Source: an uncultured Candidatus Saccharibacteria bacterium (GTDB taxonomy: Bacteria > Patescibacteriota > Minisyncoccia > 2-02-FULL-40-12 > GWA2-44-9). Taken from it: a stretch of DNA of 64,000 nt. This document shows positions 19,636 through 28,952 of the stretch, piece after piece; the first letter of the stretch is position 1, and the number at the start of each line of letters is the position of its first letter. The position numbers and the translations under genes are program-made. The stretch is from positions 6,777 through 70,776 of the forward strand of contig CAYTBY010000001.1 of NCBI GenBank assembly GCA_964436165.1, in the 5' to 3' direction. The notes under the pieces were generated by a model. That model saw nothing but the letters and a program-made list of their open reading frames with translations, ran no database searches and was not told where the DNA came from.

Positions 19636-20819
19636 CAGCTACCTCTACAGATTCTCAAAACTACATTCGAAATTAATTCGATATCTTTAGGTTCAAGGGA
19701 CGGATTGTTGGGAAGGAATAGACCGCAATCATAAATTCTTGTAGCCATAGGGGCTTGGAATTTGCCGTAATTATCATACCAGAAGGGATGAAGACCAAGG
19801 TTGCCGGCGGAGTAAAGTCTTGTTTCTATCCCATTTTCTTTCAGACTGGTGGCTATTTTGTCTCTTTCGGTTGAATCTTTAGCTAAGATGGCAAAATGGA
19901 TACTGGAGACCACTGAATCTTTATCGTAATTTTGGGTGTAAACATAATCGCCTAGTAAGCCTCGATACAGTTCATGATTTTCTCTTCTTCGCTTGATTGT
20001 CCATTCCAATTTATCCAATTGTCCCAATCCAATGAATGCTTGTATGTCGGTAGGCCGGACATTAAATCCGGGATAAAAGAAAGCAAAGGGACGATGGGCG
20101 GTGTCAATATTGTATTTACCAAAGATTCTGTTGTATGTTTCAGGATCCAGATGTTGGCCCCAGCCATGACTTCTGATCATTACCAGAATATTGTAAAACT
20201 CTTGGTCGTCAGTAAAAACAAGTCCTCCTTCAACGGTTGGCGATTGGTGGCCATAGTAAGTTGAAAAACTGGACATATCTCCGAATGTCCCGACTTTTCG
20301 GTTTTTGTAGCTTGATCCCACAGAAGCACAGGCATCCTCCAGTAAAAGGAATCTGTATTTTTCTTTCAAAGCTAGAATCTCATCCATTTTATGAGGCACA
20401 CCGAGAACTTGAACAAGCATTACTGTGGCGGGATGGTGTCTTTTGAGAAGTTCTTCCAAATGGCTTAAATCTAATCCGAATGTGTCTGGGTCGGCTTCGC
20501 ACATGATAGGTTCAAAACCAAATTGAATCGCTGGAGAAATTGTTGTTACCCAACCCACGCTAGGAACAATAACTTTCTTATTCATTAACTTACTGGAACA
20601 AAGAAGCGTATAATACATCAGTTGGTTGGCTGAAGATCCAGAGTTAACAAAGACGGCATGGTTGCTTCCCAACCATTCAGCCCATTTTTTCTCATATTGC
20701 TTGGTCATTTCATCCATTGTTAATCTCGGATTAGTTCTTAGCCAAGCAATTAGCTTTTCAATATCTTCCCGGTCAATGGTGTCGCCGGCTAAAGGATGTT
20801 TAGGAGTCGCGCTGTCCAT
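19635..20819 (-). CDS. DegT-family PLP enzyme, ColD/E1-like NDP-4-keto-6-deoxysugar 3-dehydratase
   Basis: FVNSGSSAN, EDAC, STYYGHQSPTVEGG (His where transaminases have Lys), RSHGW. Confidence 0.75.
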   Translation of the reverse strand: MDSATPKHPLAGDTIDREDIEKLIAWLRTNPRLTMDEMTKQYEKKWAEWLGSNHAVFVNSGSSANQLMYYTLLCSSKLMNKKVIVPSVGWVTTISPAIQFGFEPIMCEADPDTFGLDLSHLEELLKRHHPATVMLVQVLGVPHKMDEILALKEKYRFLLLEDACASVGSSYKNRKVGTFGDMSSFSTYYGHQSPTVEGGLVFTDDQEFYNILVMIRSHGWGQHLDPETYNRIFGKYNIDTAHRPFAFFYPGFNVRPTDIQAFIGLGQLDKLEWTIKRRRENHELYRGLLGDYVYTQNYDKDSVVSSIHFAILAKDSTERDKIATSLKENGIETRLYSAGNLGLHPFWYDNYGKFQAPMATRIYDCGLFLPNNPSLEPKDIELISNVVLRICRGS

Positions 20820-20886
20820 AAAACCACCTCTTGATTTTCAAAGTTCTTTCCCTGTGTTATATGAAACTTTTACGAATTCGTCAAAT

Positions 20887-20917
20887 AAAATCCCTCACCT
20901 TTCCGAAAGGTGAGGGG
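20887..20917 (-). terminator. Rho-independent terminator
   Basis: ccctcaccttt-ccg-aaaggtgaggg with flanking A run. Confidence 0.6.
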
Positions 20918-20929
20918 TAAAAACTATCA

Positions 20930-21140
20930 TAGGACTTACGCGTTTGCCCAAGATTGAGGCAAAATGCTTAAGTTTTTATGAGACGTACTAGGAGTACGAC
21001 GAGGAAAAACTTAAGTATTTTAACGACCGCGTGCCGCCTTAGCTTTAGCGGTGGCGCAAAAGATTGGGCAAACCTTTATGGCTTGAGCCACGTAAAGCCC
21101 TACTGATTTCGGGCTTCGTGGCTCAAGCGCGTAAGTCCTA
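20930..21140 (+). mobile_element. Structured MITE-like repeat, copy 2 (carries an extra ~30-bp hairpin)
   Basis: TAGGACTTACGCG...CGCGTAAGTCCTA; close match to copy 3 except for inserted ccgcgtgccgccttagctttagcggtggcgc. Confidence 0.85.
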
Positions 21141-21147
21141 TATCAGA

Positions 21148-22842
21148 TTAGGCAGTTTTAGCGACTAGGTATCTGGCATTTAATACCAGGTAATCTATAT
21201 CCGTACCCAAGAAACAGTCGATTGCTTCTTGGGGTGTATTTATGATTGGTTGGCCCATGACATTGAACGAGGTATTTAATATAACTCCAATTCCGGTTAG
21301 ATGCTTGAATGCTTTCAGCAGTTTATAAAGGTTGGGATTTTGTTCTTCCTTTAGGGTCTGAACTCTTGCGGTCCCATCAATGTGGGTGATGGCCGGAACG
21401 ATACTTCTCTTTTCTTTCCTAACCCCGTAAGTTAAAAGCATATATGGCGATTGGTGGGTATTATCAAAATATTCTCCGCAATCTTCCTCCAAAACTATTG
21501 GCGCAAAAGGCCTGAAGCCTTCCCGATGCTTAACTCTTGAATTAAGAATATCTTTTATTTCTGCTGGAAATGGCGCAGTAAGAATCGAACGATTTCCGAG
21601 GGCTCGAGGGCCGAACTCAAATCTTCCGTTAAACCAGGCAATGATTTTTTGATCAGCCAGTAATTTAGCTACCAAAAGGAATAAGTCCTTAGGGTCGGTA
21701 TACTTTACTGAATTATTGATCAGAACACTTTTGATTTGTTCGTCCGTGTATTCGTTGCCCAAATAGGCGTTTTCCATCGTGTTGCGTTTGGCTTCGGGAT
21801 TCGCTTGGTAATGGTAGTTGAGCGCGGCTCCGATGCCAAGGCCGGCATCATTAGCGGCAGGTTGAATAAAGATATTTTTAAAAGGCGTTTCGGTTAGTAT
21901 TTTGCCATTGGCGACGCAGTTTAATGCTACCCCGCCAGCAAGGCAGAGATTTGATTCTCCAGTTTCAAGGTGTAAATTATTAGCGGCATGCACTAAAGCT
22001 TTTTCAGTTATATATTGCGCTCCGGCGGCGATATCTTTATGTTGCTGGGTAATTTTTTCTTGTGGCTCTCTAGCCGGACCACAAATCTCGGCAAATTTTG
22101 ACGACATGGTTGAACCTTGTATGAACGGATAATCAAAATAGCTCAAGTCCATTTCAAATTTGCCGTTAGGTTTTAGTTGGATAATATCATCAAAAACTTC
22201 TCTGTATTTTTCAATGTTTCCATAGGGCGCAAGACCCATGATTTTTCCTTCATCGCAATGTTTCTTGAAACCTAGCCAACCAGTAATGCAAGTATAGAGA
22301 ACTCCCAAAGAGCTTGGCCATTCAACATTATTTTCTTCGTAAGTGTATATATGGTTATCTTGTCCTCGTCCAATCATCAAACTTTCAATTTCGCCAACAC
22401 CGTCAACGGACAGTAGCGCACTGTGAGAAAATCCCGAGAGATAATAGGCGCTTGCCATGTGGGCAATGTGATGTCGACAAAAAGCAACTTCTTTTTTGAA
22501 GTTTAATTGTTCGCGTATTTCTTTTTCAATGTCCATGACCCTGTTGATCCATTTAAATTCAGATTCCATCCGAGGCCTTACTTGAGGATAATGGTTGAGC
22601 CAATGTCTAATAAATCTAAGACGTACGTGGGCGACCGGATCGGTCGGCACGCAGAAAACATCAACGTCTTCCATACTGATTTTTGCAAAGTCCAGGCAGG
22701 CCCTAATTGCATTATGAGGAAATTTTGGAGTGTGTTTTTCTCTGTTGAATCTCTCTTCTTCGGCGGCGTAAAGTAGCCGGCCATCCTTAACAATGGCCGC
22801 CGCGGCATCGTGGGAGAATGTCATCGCCCCAATAATTATCAT
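21148..22842 (-). CDS. O-carbamoyltransferase (NodU/CmcH/TobZ family)
   Basis: HDAAAA, EEERFNREKH, HHIAH, DGVGE, EGKIMGLAPYG, AGGVALNC, EFGPRALGNRS, KHREGFRPFAP, HIDGTARVQT, LNTSFN. Confidence 0.93.
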   Translation of the reverse strand: MIIIGAMTFSHDAAAAIVKDGRLLYAAEEERFNREKHTPKFPHNAIRACLDFAKISMEDVDVFCVPTDPVAHVRLRFIRHWLNHYPQVRPRMESEFKWINRVMDIEKEIREQLNFKKEVAFCRHHIAHMASAYYLSGFSHSALLSVDGVGEIESLMIGRGQDNHIYTYEENNVEWPSSLGVLYTCITGWLGFKKHCDEGKIMGLAPYGNIEKYREVFDDIIQLKPNGKFEMDLSYFDYPFIQGSTMSSKFAEICGPAREPQEKITQQHKDIAAGAQYITEKALVHAANNLHLETGESNLCLAGGVALNCVANGKILTETPFKNIFIQPAANDAGLGIGAALNYHYQANPEAKRNTMENAYLGNEYTDEQIKSVLINNSVKYTDPKDLFLLVAKLLADQKIIAWFNGRFEFGPRALGNRSILTAPFPAEIKDILNSRVKHREGFRPFAPIVLEEDCGEYFDNTHQSPYMLLTYGVRKEKRSIVPAITHIDGTARVQTLKEEQNPNLYKLLKAFKHLTGIGVILNTSFNVMGQPIINTPQEAIDCFLGTDIDYLVLNARYLVAKTA

Positions 22843-22923
22843 CTCGCCATCCTTTTTAAGAAGCTGGGCATTATATACATGATTTTTAATAGTTAGTCAA
22901 TAAGCGTAATAAAAAAGACCGTC

Positions 22924-23970
22924 TTAGAACGGTCCTTTAAATTTATTTTCCCAAGTATGGAATTTTTCTTGGTTTAAATCTGTTTTGGTTAATCCTAACT
23001 TTTTTTCTACTGCGCGTACAATATCAACAGCGTTGGGATAGAATAAATTTTCCAGCGGTCTGGTGGTTGGACATGGAGTGGGAGCAAAACCGATTCTGGT
23101 TACAGGAGATTTGAGTTTTCCAAAACACTTTTCAGAAATGCGGGCCGCTACTTCAGCGCTGAATCCGCAGTTAAGCCAGTCATAATCAGCCACAACGCAA
23201 TGACCAGTTTTGTTAACTGATTTAATCATCACCTCATCATCCAGGGGACTGACTGTCCGCGGATCAATTATCTCTAAGCCTATCCCTCTTTTGGCAAGAA
23301 CTTGAGCGGCATCGTGGGCCTCCACGTTCATCCAGGAGGTAGCGACGACAGTAATATCAGAACCTTGTCGTATAACGCGGCTCTGGCCAATTGGCACAGT
23401 GTATGGCTCTTCAGGTACATTGCCCTCTATCCAGTAAAGCCAGCGATGTTCCAGACAAATTACCGGGTTGTTATCTCTTATCGCCGAGATCATTAACCCC
23501 TTCATATCGTATGGCGTGGTAGGCATAATTACTTTTAGTCCTGGAATATGGGCGAAAATTGATTGTAAACTTTTGCTGTGTTGAAATCCTTGTCCCCAGC
23601 CTCGGCCAATGACGGCTCTTATTACGATTGGAACGGATAAATTTCCGTTACTGCCATATCTTAGGGAGGAAGCAATATTTATCAATTGATTCATGGCCAG
23701 CAATAAAAACTCTACTCTTATGTGGACATTGATTGGCCTTAACCCGCTAAGGGCGGCTCCGATCCCAAATCCCAGCAGAGCTTCTTCAGAAAGAGGAGTA
23801 CTAAAACATCTTTTTGGTCCGAATTTTTCTAATCCGTTTGTTGAGCCAAAAATTGCCTTGTGGTCGGCTACATCTAAACCATAGACGAACACTCTTTCAT
23901 CCGCGGCCATTTCCTGGCTTATCGCCTCATTAATCGCTTGCTGATAAGTGATTATTCGCTGGTTACTCAT
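22924..23970 (-). CDS. TPP-dependent 2-oxoacid dehydrogenase E1 beta-like subunit
   Basis: TPLSE, GLRP, GFQHSKS, HIPGLKV, DNNPV..LEH, IDPRTVSPLD. Confidence 0.9.
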   Translation of the reverse strand: MSNQRIITYQQAINEAISQEMAADERVFVYGLDVADHKAIFGSTNGLEKFGPKRCFSTPLSEEALLGFGIGAALSGLRPINVHIRVEFLLLAMNQLINIASSLRYGSNGNLSVPIVIRAVIGRGWGQGFQHSKSLQSIFAHIPGLKVIMPTTPYDMKGLMISAIRDNNPVICLEHRWLYWIEGNVPEEPYTVPIGQSRVIRQGSDITVVATSWMNVEAHDAAQVLAKRGIGLEIIDPRTVSPLDDEVMIKSVNKTGHCVVADYDWLNCGFSAEVAARISEKCFGKLKSPVTRIGFAPTPCPTTRPLENLFYPNAVDIVRAVEKKLGLTKTDLNQEKFHTWENKFKGPF

Positions 23971-24925
23971 CGTAAACTCCGTGATAGAGATCTTTCGGTT
24001 CTGGAAATGGCGCGTTTTGGGCTAGAATGATAGCTTGATCTATCTGCCGGATTACGGTTTCTTCAATTTTTATTACCTCGTTTTCTAGTCCAGCTTTTAT
24101 CAATTTCGCTCTTTGCATGTCAACCGGATCTTTTTCTCGCCATTTTAAAAATTCTTCTTTAGGCCGATAGCCAGCCTCAAAGTCTTCATTTGTCCCCACA
24201 TGTTCAAGATAGCGATAATATTTTAAAGACATAAGAATTGGACCAGATTCAAGGTGTTCCAGGGCAGTTTTAGTTAAATTAAATATTTCCTCTACTTCGG
24301 TGCCAGGGTATTTAACACAATGACATCCAAACTGTTTTACAATAACAGCAAGGTTGGCATAACTGTGTCGCGATGCGGTGTGAGCATGAATAGCAAGGCC
24401 GTTGTCTTCATACACAAACAAAACAGGCAGTTTCCAAAGGCAAGCCAGATTGATGCTTTCCCAAAAAACACCTTCATCTACTGCGCCGTCGCCGAAAAAG
24501 ACAACGGCAATTTTATTATTATCAAGATAATGGTTAGCAAAGGCATTACCGAGTGCCGGAGCGATATTAGTTCCAACTACGGCCGAGCTGAACATTACCC
24601 CCTTCTCCGGATTGGCTAAATGCATTGATCCCGCTTTTCCGCCCGCTGGCCCGCTGGCCTTACCATAAAGTTCAGCAAAAAAGCCATTTATATCTTCGGT
24701 CGCGGCAAGATAAACAGCATGACTGCGGTAAGTGCTGAAAATTTGATGCCTTCCTTCAAGGGCCGTGCAAACTCCGGCGGCGATAGCTTCTTCGCCCATC
24801 GACATGTGCATTGGAGTTTTCATTTCATCGTGGCTGTATTCTTGGATTATTTTTTTTTCCGCCTGGCGTATTAGATACATCTTACGGTAGAGATCTAGCG
24901 AGAGATTAGCCGGTTTTATGTTCAA
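23963..24925 (-). CDS. TPP-dependent 2-oxoacid dehydrogenase E1 alpha-like subunit
   Basis: HMSMGEEA, STYRSH, GKAGSMH, FGDGAVDEG, EDN, YRYLEH. TTG start at 24925 chosen from the GGAG SD. Confidence 0.88.
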   Translation of the reverse strand: MNIKPANLSLDLYRKMYLIRQAEKKIIQEYSHDEMKTPMHMSMGEEAIAAGVCTALEGRHQIFSTYRSHAVYLAATEDINGFFAELYGKASGPAGGKAGSMHLANPEKGVMFSSAVVGTNIAPALGNAFANHYLDNNKIAVVFFGDGAVDEGVFWESINLACLWKLPVLFVYEDNGLAIHAHTASRHSYANLAVIVKQFGCHCVKYPGTEVEEIFNLTKTALEHLESGPILMSLKYYRYLEHVGTNEDFEAGYRPKEEFLKWREKDPVDMQRAKLIKAGLENEVIKIEETVIRQIDQAIILAQNAPFPEPKDLYHGVYDE

Positions 24926-25002
24926 AGTAGCTCCTGTTATTGTCAAAATACTTTGACCAAATGTACAACATTAAAATCCAATCGTCAACCCTTCGTAAAA
25001 AT

Positions 25003-25027
25003 AAAAAACCGATGTGTTTAACATCGG
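25003..25027 (-). terminator. Rho-independent terminator
   Basis: aaaaaaccgatgt-gttta-acatcgg. Confidence 0.55.
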
Positions 25028-25033
25028 CAAATT

Positions 25034-25606
25034 TTAAATTAGTCCAAGTTTCTCAAGGCGAGGCTTGGCTAATAGTGTAGTTACGATCGAATAAGAACTA
25101 TTCGATTTAATCTGATATACAGCATTAAGCCAATCATTCCATGTCATGAGGTCAACTTCGATATCTTCATGCTTGTCAAGGTTTCTTTTACCAGTATCCA
25201 CGCAATCAAGGCAAAGAAATGGGTAATATGATATATCTGAACTCGCCGGGTCGTGGCAAATATTTAAGTCATTTGAAAGTGAAATAATTTTACCTGATTG
25301 GTAGCCGGTCTCTTCTTTCAGTTCTCTTTCGGCTGCATTAGCCGGACTTTCTCCGGGCATAATATTACCCCCCGGTAATTCGACAACCACTTCATCCGGC
25401 CCCATTCGGTATTGCCTAATTACAACCACTCTGCCATCTGAAGTAAGGGGTAGAATGAAAGATGAGATGTATTTACCCTTAAACTTTCCATAGGATTCGA
25501 CAGTTCCGGTCTTAGGCATTTCATAATCTTGGCTGATAAGTATTTTGCTGAAAACTTTAGCGACAACTTTTTCTTCACCGACCTTGCGCGGGATTCTGAT
25601 GGCCAT
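25034..25606 (-). CDS. Nudix hydrolase (ADP-ribose/NDP-sugar pyrophosphatase-like)
   Basis: IRQYR, ELPGG, AAERELKEETG Nudix box; ATG 25606 overlaps the upstream TAA. Confidence 0.88.
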   Translation of the reverse strand: MAIRIPRKVGEEKVVAKVFSKILISQDYEMPKTGTVESYGKFKGKYISSFILPLTSDGRVVVIRQYRMGPDEVVVELPGGNIMPGESPANAAERELKEETGYQSGKIISLSNDLNICHDPASSDISYYPFLCLDCVDTGKRNLDKHEDIEVDLMTWNDWLNAVYQIKSNSSYSIVTTLLAKPRLEKLGLI

Positions 25607-26466
25607 TAGACAACACCCCATCTACTGATATGTTCAGCCGTTTCGTCCCTGAATTTATTGACAAGCAACTCATGAATGATTGGATTTGCCGCAAGTATTG
25701 ATTTATAACCTACTTTCCATGGCTTGAGTTCTAGATTGGTGACTTTTGCTCCTGCCCCTTTCAAAATAATAGCGGCCGCGGCTATGTCTTCGGAGTCGAG
25801 TCCGGTAGCAAGAACTGCTTCAAGTCTGCCGTCGGCCACAAAGCTCAACGATGCTACAGCGCACGCAAATCCCACATCCGTCATAATACAAGGATTTTCC
25901 ATGGCTTTTACTAGGAAAGGCAGATGACTAGTTCTAAAACCTTGTTTATTTTTTAACTCTTTGCCAGAGTAAAAGCTCATGATAACCTTATTGAGTGAAT
26001 CTGCGTTGTTGACCTTAATTTGTTTACCATTGAGCCGTGAAGGTTCTCCAGCAACTCCGGTATACAGATAATCTTTAAACGGCATGTATATTACACCCAA
26101 TACAGGATCGCTACCTATACACAATGCCCGTGAAAAACAAAATCCATCAAAGTAGCGTCTTGTATATGCGATTGTTCCATCAAGTTCATCGTCAATCCAA
26201 GTGAAGGGGCTATCAGTTTTGTGGTCGTCTGATTCTTCAGAGTGAATATTGTGTTCCGGATAGGTTTCAGCGAGTTGTTTCCTTAACATAGCCGATACTC
26301 TAGTATCAGCTTCAGTTCTGAAATGAACCCTTCCCGTCCATTCGATATCGTGATTAGAGTCGTATAAATCCATATGGATTTTACCGGCAGCTTTGGCCGA
26401 GGCAGTCGCAAATTCTAAAAATTCTGACTTTCTTTGTATAAATTCAGTCCATGGGTCTGGGTGCAT
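25606..26466 (-). CDS. Inositol monophosphatase/SuhB family phosphatase
   Basis: TEAD, SEES, WIDDELDGT, VADGR, EDIAAA..I.KGAG. Confidence 0.82.
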   Translation of the reverse strand: MHPDPWTEFIQRKSEFLEFATASAKAAGKIHMDLYDSNHDIEWTGRVHFRTEADTRVSAMLRKQLAETYPEHNIHSEESDDHKTDSPFTWIDDELDGTIAYTRRYFDGFCFSRALCIGSDPVLGVIYMPFKDYLYTGVAGEPSRLNGKQIKVNNADSLNKVIMSFYSGKELKNKQGFRTSHLPFLVKAMENPCIMTDVGFACAVASLSFVADGRLEAVLATGLDSEDIAAAAIILKGAGAKVTNLELKPWKVGYKSILAANPIIHELLVNKFRDETAEHISRWGVV

Positions 26467-26573
26467 TTTGTGCCCTTTTCTTTTTTAATGAACAGACCGT
26501 TACATATTGTATCCCTAATCATTCCAAGAGTCAAGTTGCTAATTCTTATAGGAATGTTAAAGTATTTGTATTT

Positions 26574-27071
26574 ATGGCTATAATTACAAAAAAAGATTTT
26601 ATTAAAATTAGACAAAAACACTCAGATAAAAAGATTGTCTATTGCGACGGCTCTTTTGATCTTACTCATGCCGGTCATGTATTATTTTTTGAAGAGGGTA
26701 AATCAATGGGGGATGTATTAGTGGTTGGAGTCGGTGCGGATTCAGATATTAAAAAATATAAAGGCAAGACTAGGCCGATTCTTAACCAAAGCGTGAGATT
26801 GAAAACAATAGATTCTCTCAAGCCGGTGGATTATAGTTTTTTGAATAAGCTTCCTAGTCAAAAAAACCTTCTTTCGCATTTGGAAGTTAATTTTAATAAG
26901 TTAAAACCCGACGTCTATCTAATTAATGAAGATGCGTTTAATATTGAATATCGAAAAAAAATTTCAAAACAATATAGTGTGAAAATAGTAATGGCTCATC
27001 GGGTTTGTCCCCCCAATTTTGATAAGATCTCCACGTCTAAGATCATAGATAAAATTAAGAGACTAGACTAA
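26574..27071 (+). CDS. Cytidylyltransferase-fold nucleotidyltransferase (HldE/RfaE domain II-like)
   Basis: GSFDLTHAGH (HxGH), K.RPI, ISTSKII; start placed at ATG 26574. Confidence 0.8.
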   Translation: MAIITKKDFIKIRQKHSDKKIVYCDGSFDLTHAGHVLFFEEGKSMGDVLVVGVGADSDIKKYKGKTRPILNQSVRLKTIDSLKPVDYSFLNKLPSQKNLLSHLEVNFNKLKPDVYLINEDAFNIEYRKKISKQYSVKIVMAHRVCPPNFDKISTSKIIDKIKRLD

Positions 27072-27697
27072 TGTCTACTATCCATCCAAAATTTCAAAAA
27101 ACTCGTCTTCCTAGAATAGTCATAACTGGTCCGCCTGGTGCTGGAAAAACGACCATGGTTAAAATTTTTGGTGATGAATTCGGTCATGTTATTCGTCCAG
27201 TGCCTGAAGTTGCTACGATGACAATCGTTAAATTGGGGCTTATTCCCGGCACACCGAGGTCTGAAATTGTTTTTGAAAGCGTTTTTCAGCATATGATGTA
27301 TCGAATGCAGGAGTTATTTGAGCATATGGCCGATGTGTTGGCTAGGGAGACCGGGAAAAAGGTTTTGCTTTCGGATAAGGGAAGGGTTGATATCGCTGGA
27401 CATATTCGTGGCGGGAAGAAGGAATATGAAGAACTTTTTAAAACCACTCTTAAAAAAGATTATTCTTTATATGATTTAGTATTGTTTTTAGAATTACCAT
27501 CTAAAAAAGTGTACAACCAAATTCGTAAAAATAATCCTGCCCGAGGAGAAACTTATGAAGATGCCAAAGCTACGGAGGCGAAAGTAAAAAAAGCATGGCA
27601 AAATCATCCAAATTTTAAATCTATTTCAAATTATGGTGGTTGGGAGGGGAAAGTTCAGAAAGCTCGTCTGGCGATAGCAGAATTTTTAAAAATTTGA
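27071..27697 (+). CDS. NadR/AAA_28-like P-loop kinase
   Basis: IVITGPPGAGKTT, VPEVAT, YDLVLFL, NNPARGE. Confidence 0.7.
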   Translation: MSTIHPKFQKTRLPRIVITGPPGAGKTTMVKIFGDEFGHVIRPVPEVATMTIVKLGLIPGTPRSEIVFESVFQHMMYRMQELFEHMADVLARETGKKVLLSDKGRVDIAGHIRGGKKEYEELFKTTLKKDYSLYDLVLFLELPSKKVYNQIRKNNPARGETYEDAKATEAKVKKAWQNHPNFKSISNYGGWEGKVQKARLAIAEFLKI

Positions 27698-27751
27698 CAG
27701 ATCAATAAAAGAACTGTATATTTGAACGAGTAATTTAAAAAAGGATTGATC

Positions 27752-28354
27752 ATGGCTATCATCTGTCCGGAAAAGGTAAATGAAGAAAAAATTATCGGCC
27801 AAGTACACAATAAAGTATTAATTACCCAGGATTTTAAAGATCCAAGAACCGGAGAAATTATACCCTGGGGCATGTTGAAAGGATTAAAGCTGTCTTCAAT
27901 TATTTTACCGCTAACGATAGATTATAAAGTAATAGCCATTCGTCAGTTTCGATATGGGGCTAACCAGGTTGTTCTAGAATTGCCAGGCGGAAATATAGAA
28001 GGAGACCAAACTTCGCAAGATGCGGCACAATCTGAATTATTACAGGAGACGGGCTATGTAGCAGAAAAAATAATACCTCTTTCTTCAAGTGGTATTATCG
28101 CAGAGCCGTCTTGCCTTCAAGGGGCTGCTTATTTTGGTTTTCTGGGGTTGAACTGTGTCTGGAAACAAAAGCCCAAATTAGATGACAGTGAAGATATAGA
28201 GGTGGTAACAATGGACTTAGATGAATGGATTTGGATGATGTACAATATTCCAAATAAAGTCAATGGCATGCTTGCATTGACATTTTTGGCCCTTCCCCAT
28301 CTTGGACTTTTTTCACCTGGAGAACCCAAACCAACTTGGCAGAACGTTTCTTAG
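27752..28354 (+). CDS. Nudix hydrolase (paralog of 25034-25606)
   Basis: IRQFR, ELPGG, AAQSELLQETG (partly divergent Nudix box); AAGGA SD before ATG 27752. Confidence 0.8.
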   Translation: MAIICPEKVNEEKIIGQVHNKVLITQDFKDPRTGEIIPWGMLKGLKLSSIILPLTIDYKVIAIRQFRYGANQVVLELPGGNIEGDQTSQDAAQSELLQETGYVAEKIIPLSSSGIIAEPSCLQGAAYFGFLGLNCVWKQKPKLDDSEDIEVVTMDLDEWIWMMYNIPNKVNGMLALTFLALPHLGLFSPGEPKPTWQNVS

Positions 28355-28419
28355 ATCGCATATTTAATGCGATTTTTTATTGTTGACAGATCTTCTTTAA
28401 GGTATACAATTTAATAATT

Positions 28420-28929
28420 ATGGAGAGTAAGAAAACCATTGCTCAGATAAAAAAAGATTTGATAGCTTTACGCAAAAATAATCCTGGCAAAAAAATTGTT
28501 TTTTGTTCGGGAAGTTTCGATCTTCCTCATGCCGGACATGTTCTTTTTTTTGAAGAGTGTAAAAAACTAGGCGATATTTTGGTAGTCGATTTAGGCAGTG
28601 ACAAGTCTTTGAGATTGACGAAAACGCCCGATCGCCCGATTCTTAATGAGCATGTGAGATTTAAAGTCGTTTCTTCTTTGAAGCCGGTTGATTATTGTTT
28701 TGTGGATAGAACAAAAAACGGACATAAAGTAAGTTCACTTATTTACTACTTCAAAACTTTAAAACCTGATATTTACGTTAACAATACAGATGCCAAGCGA
28801 TTAACTGAGGGCCAGGAAGTGGCTAGGAAAAACGGAGTAAAAATGGTTGTTTTGGACCGGACATGTCCCCCGGAGTTTATATCTATTTCTACCACTAAGA
28901 TTATTGAAAAAATTAAAAATCTCAATTAA
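28420..28929 (+). CDS. Cytidylyltransferase-fold nucleotidyltransferase (paralog of 26574-27071)
   Basis: GSFDLPHAGHVLFFEE, RPILN, SLKPVDY, CPP.F..ISTTKII. Confidence 0.8.
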   Translation: MESKKTIAQIKKDLIALRKNNPGKKIVFCSGSFDLPHAGHVLFFEECKKLGDILVVDLGSDKSLRLTKTPDRPILNEHVRFKVVSSLKPVDYCFVDRTKNGHKVSSLIYYFKTLKPDIYVNNTDAKRLTEGQEVARKNGVKMVVLDRTCPPEFISISTTKIIEKIKNLN

Positions 28930-28952
28930 AAATCCCGCTTGTGGCGGGTTTT
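28928..28952. terminator. Bidirectional terminator
   Basis: aaaaatcccgc-ttgtg-gcgggtttt between convergent genes. Confidence 0.65.

Noticed and set aside
22924-24925. Housekeeping pyruvate dehydrogenase (pdhA/pdhB)
   Set aside because: No E2/E3 is adjacent and the context is sugar tailoring, so gene symbols were withheld. A housekeeping role cannot be fully excluded.
26451-26573. N-terminal extension of the first nucleotidyltransferase
   Set aside because: It overlaps the divergent promoter region and the IMPase start; the paralog begins at a position equivalent to ATG 26574.
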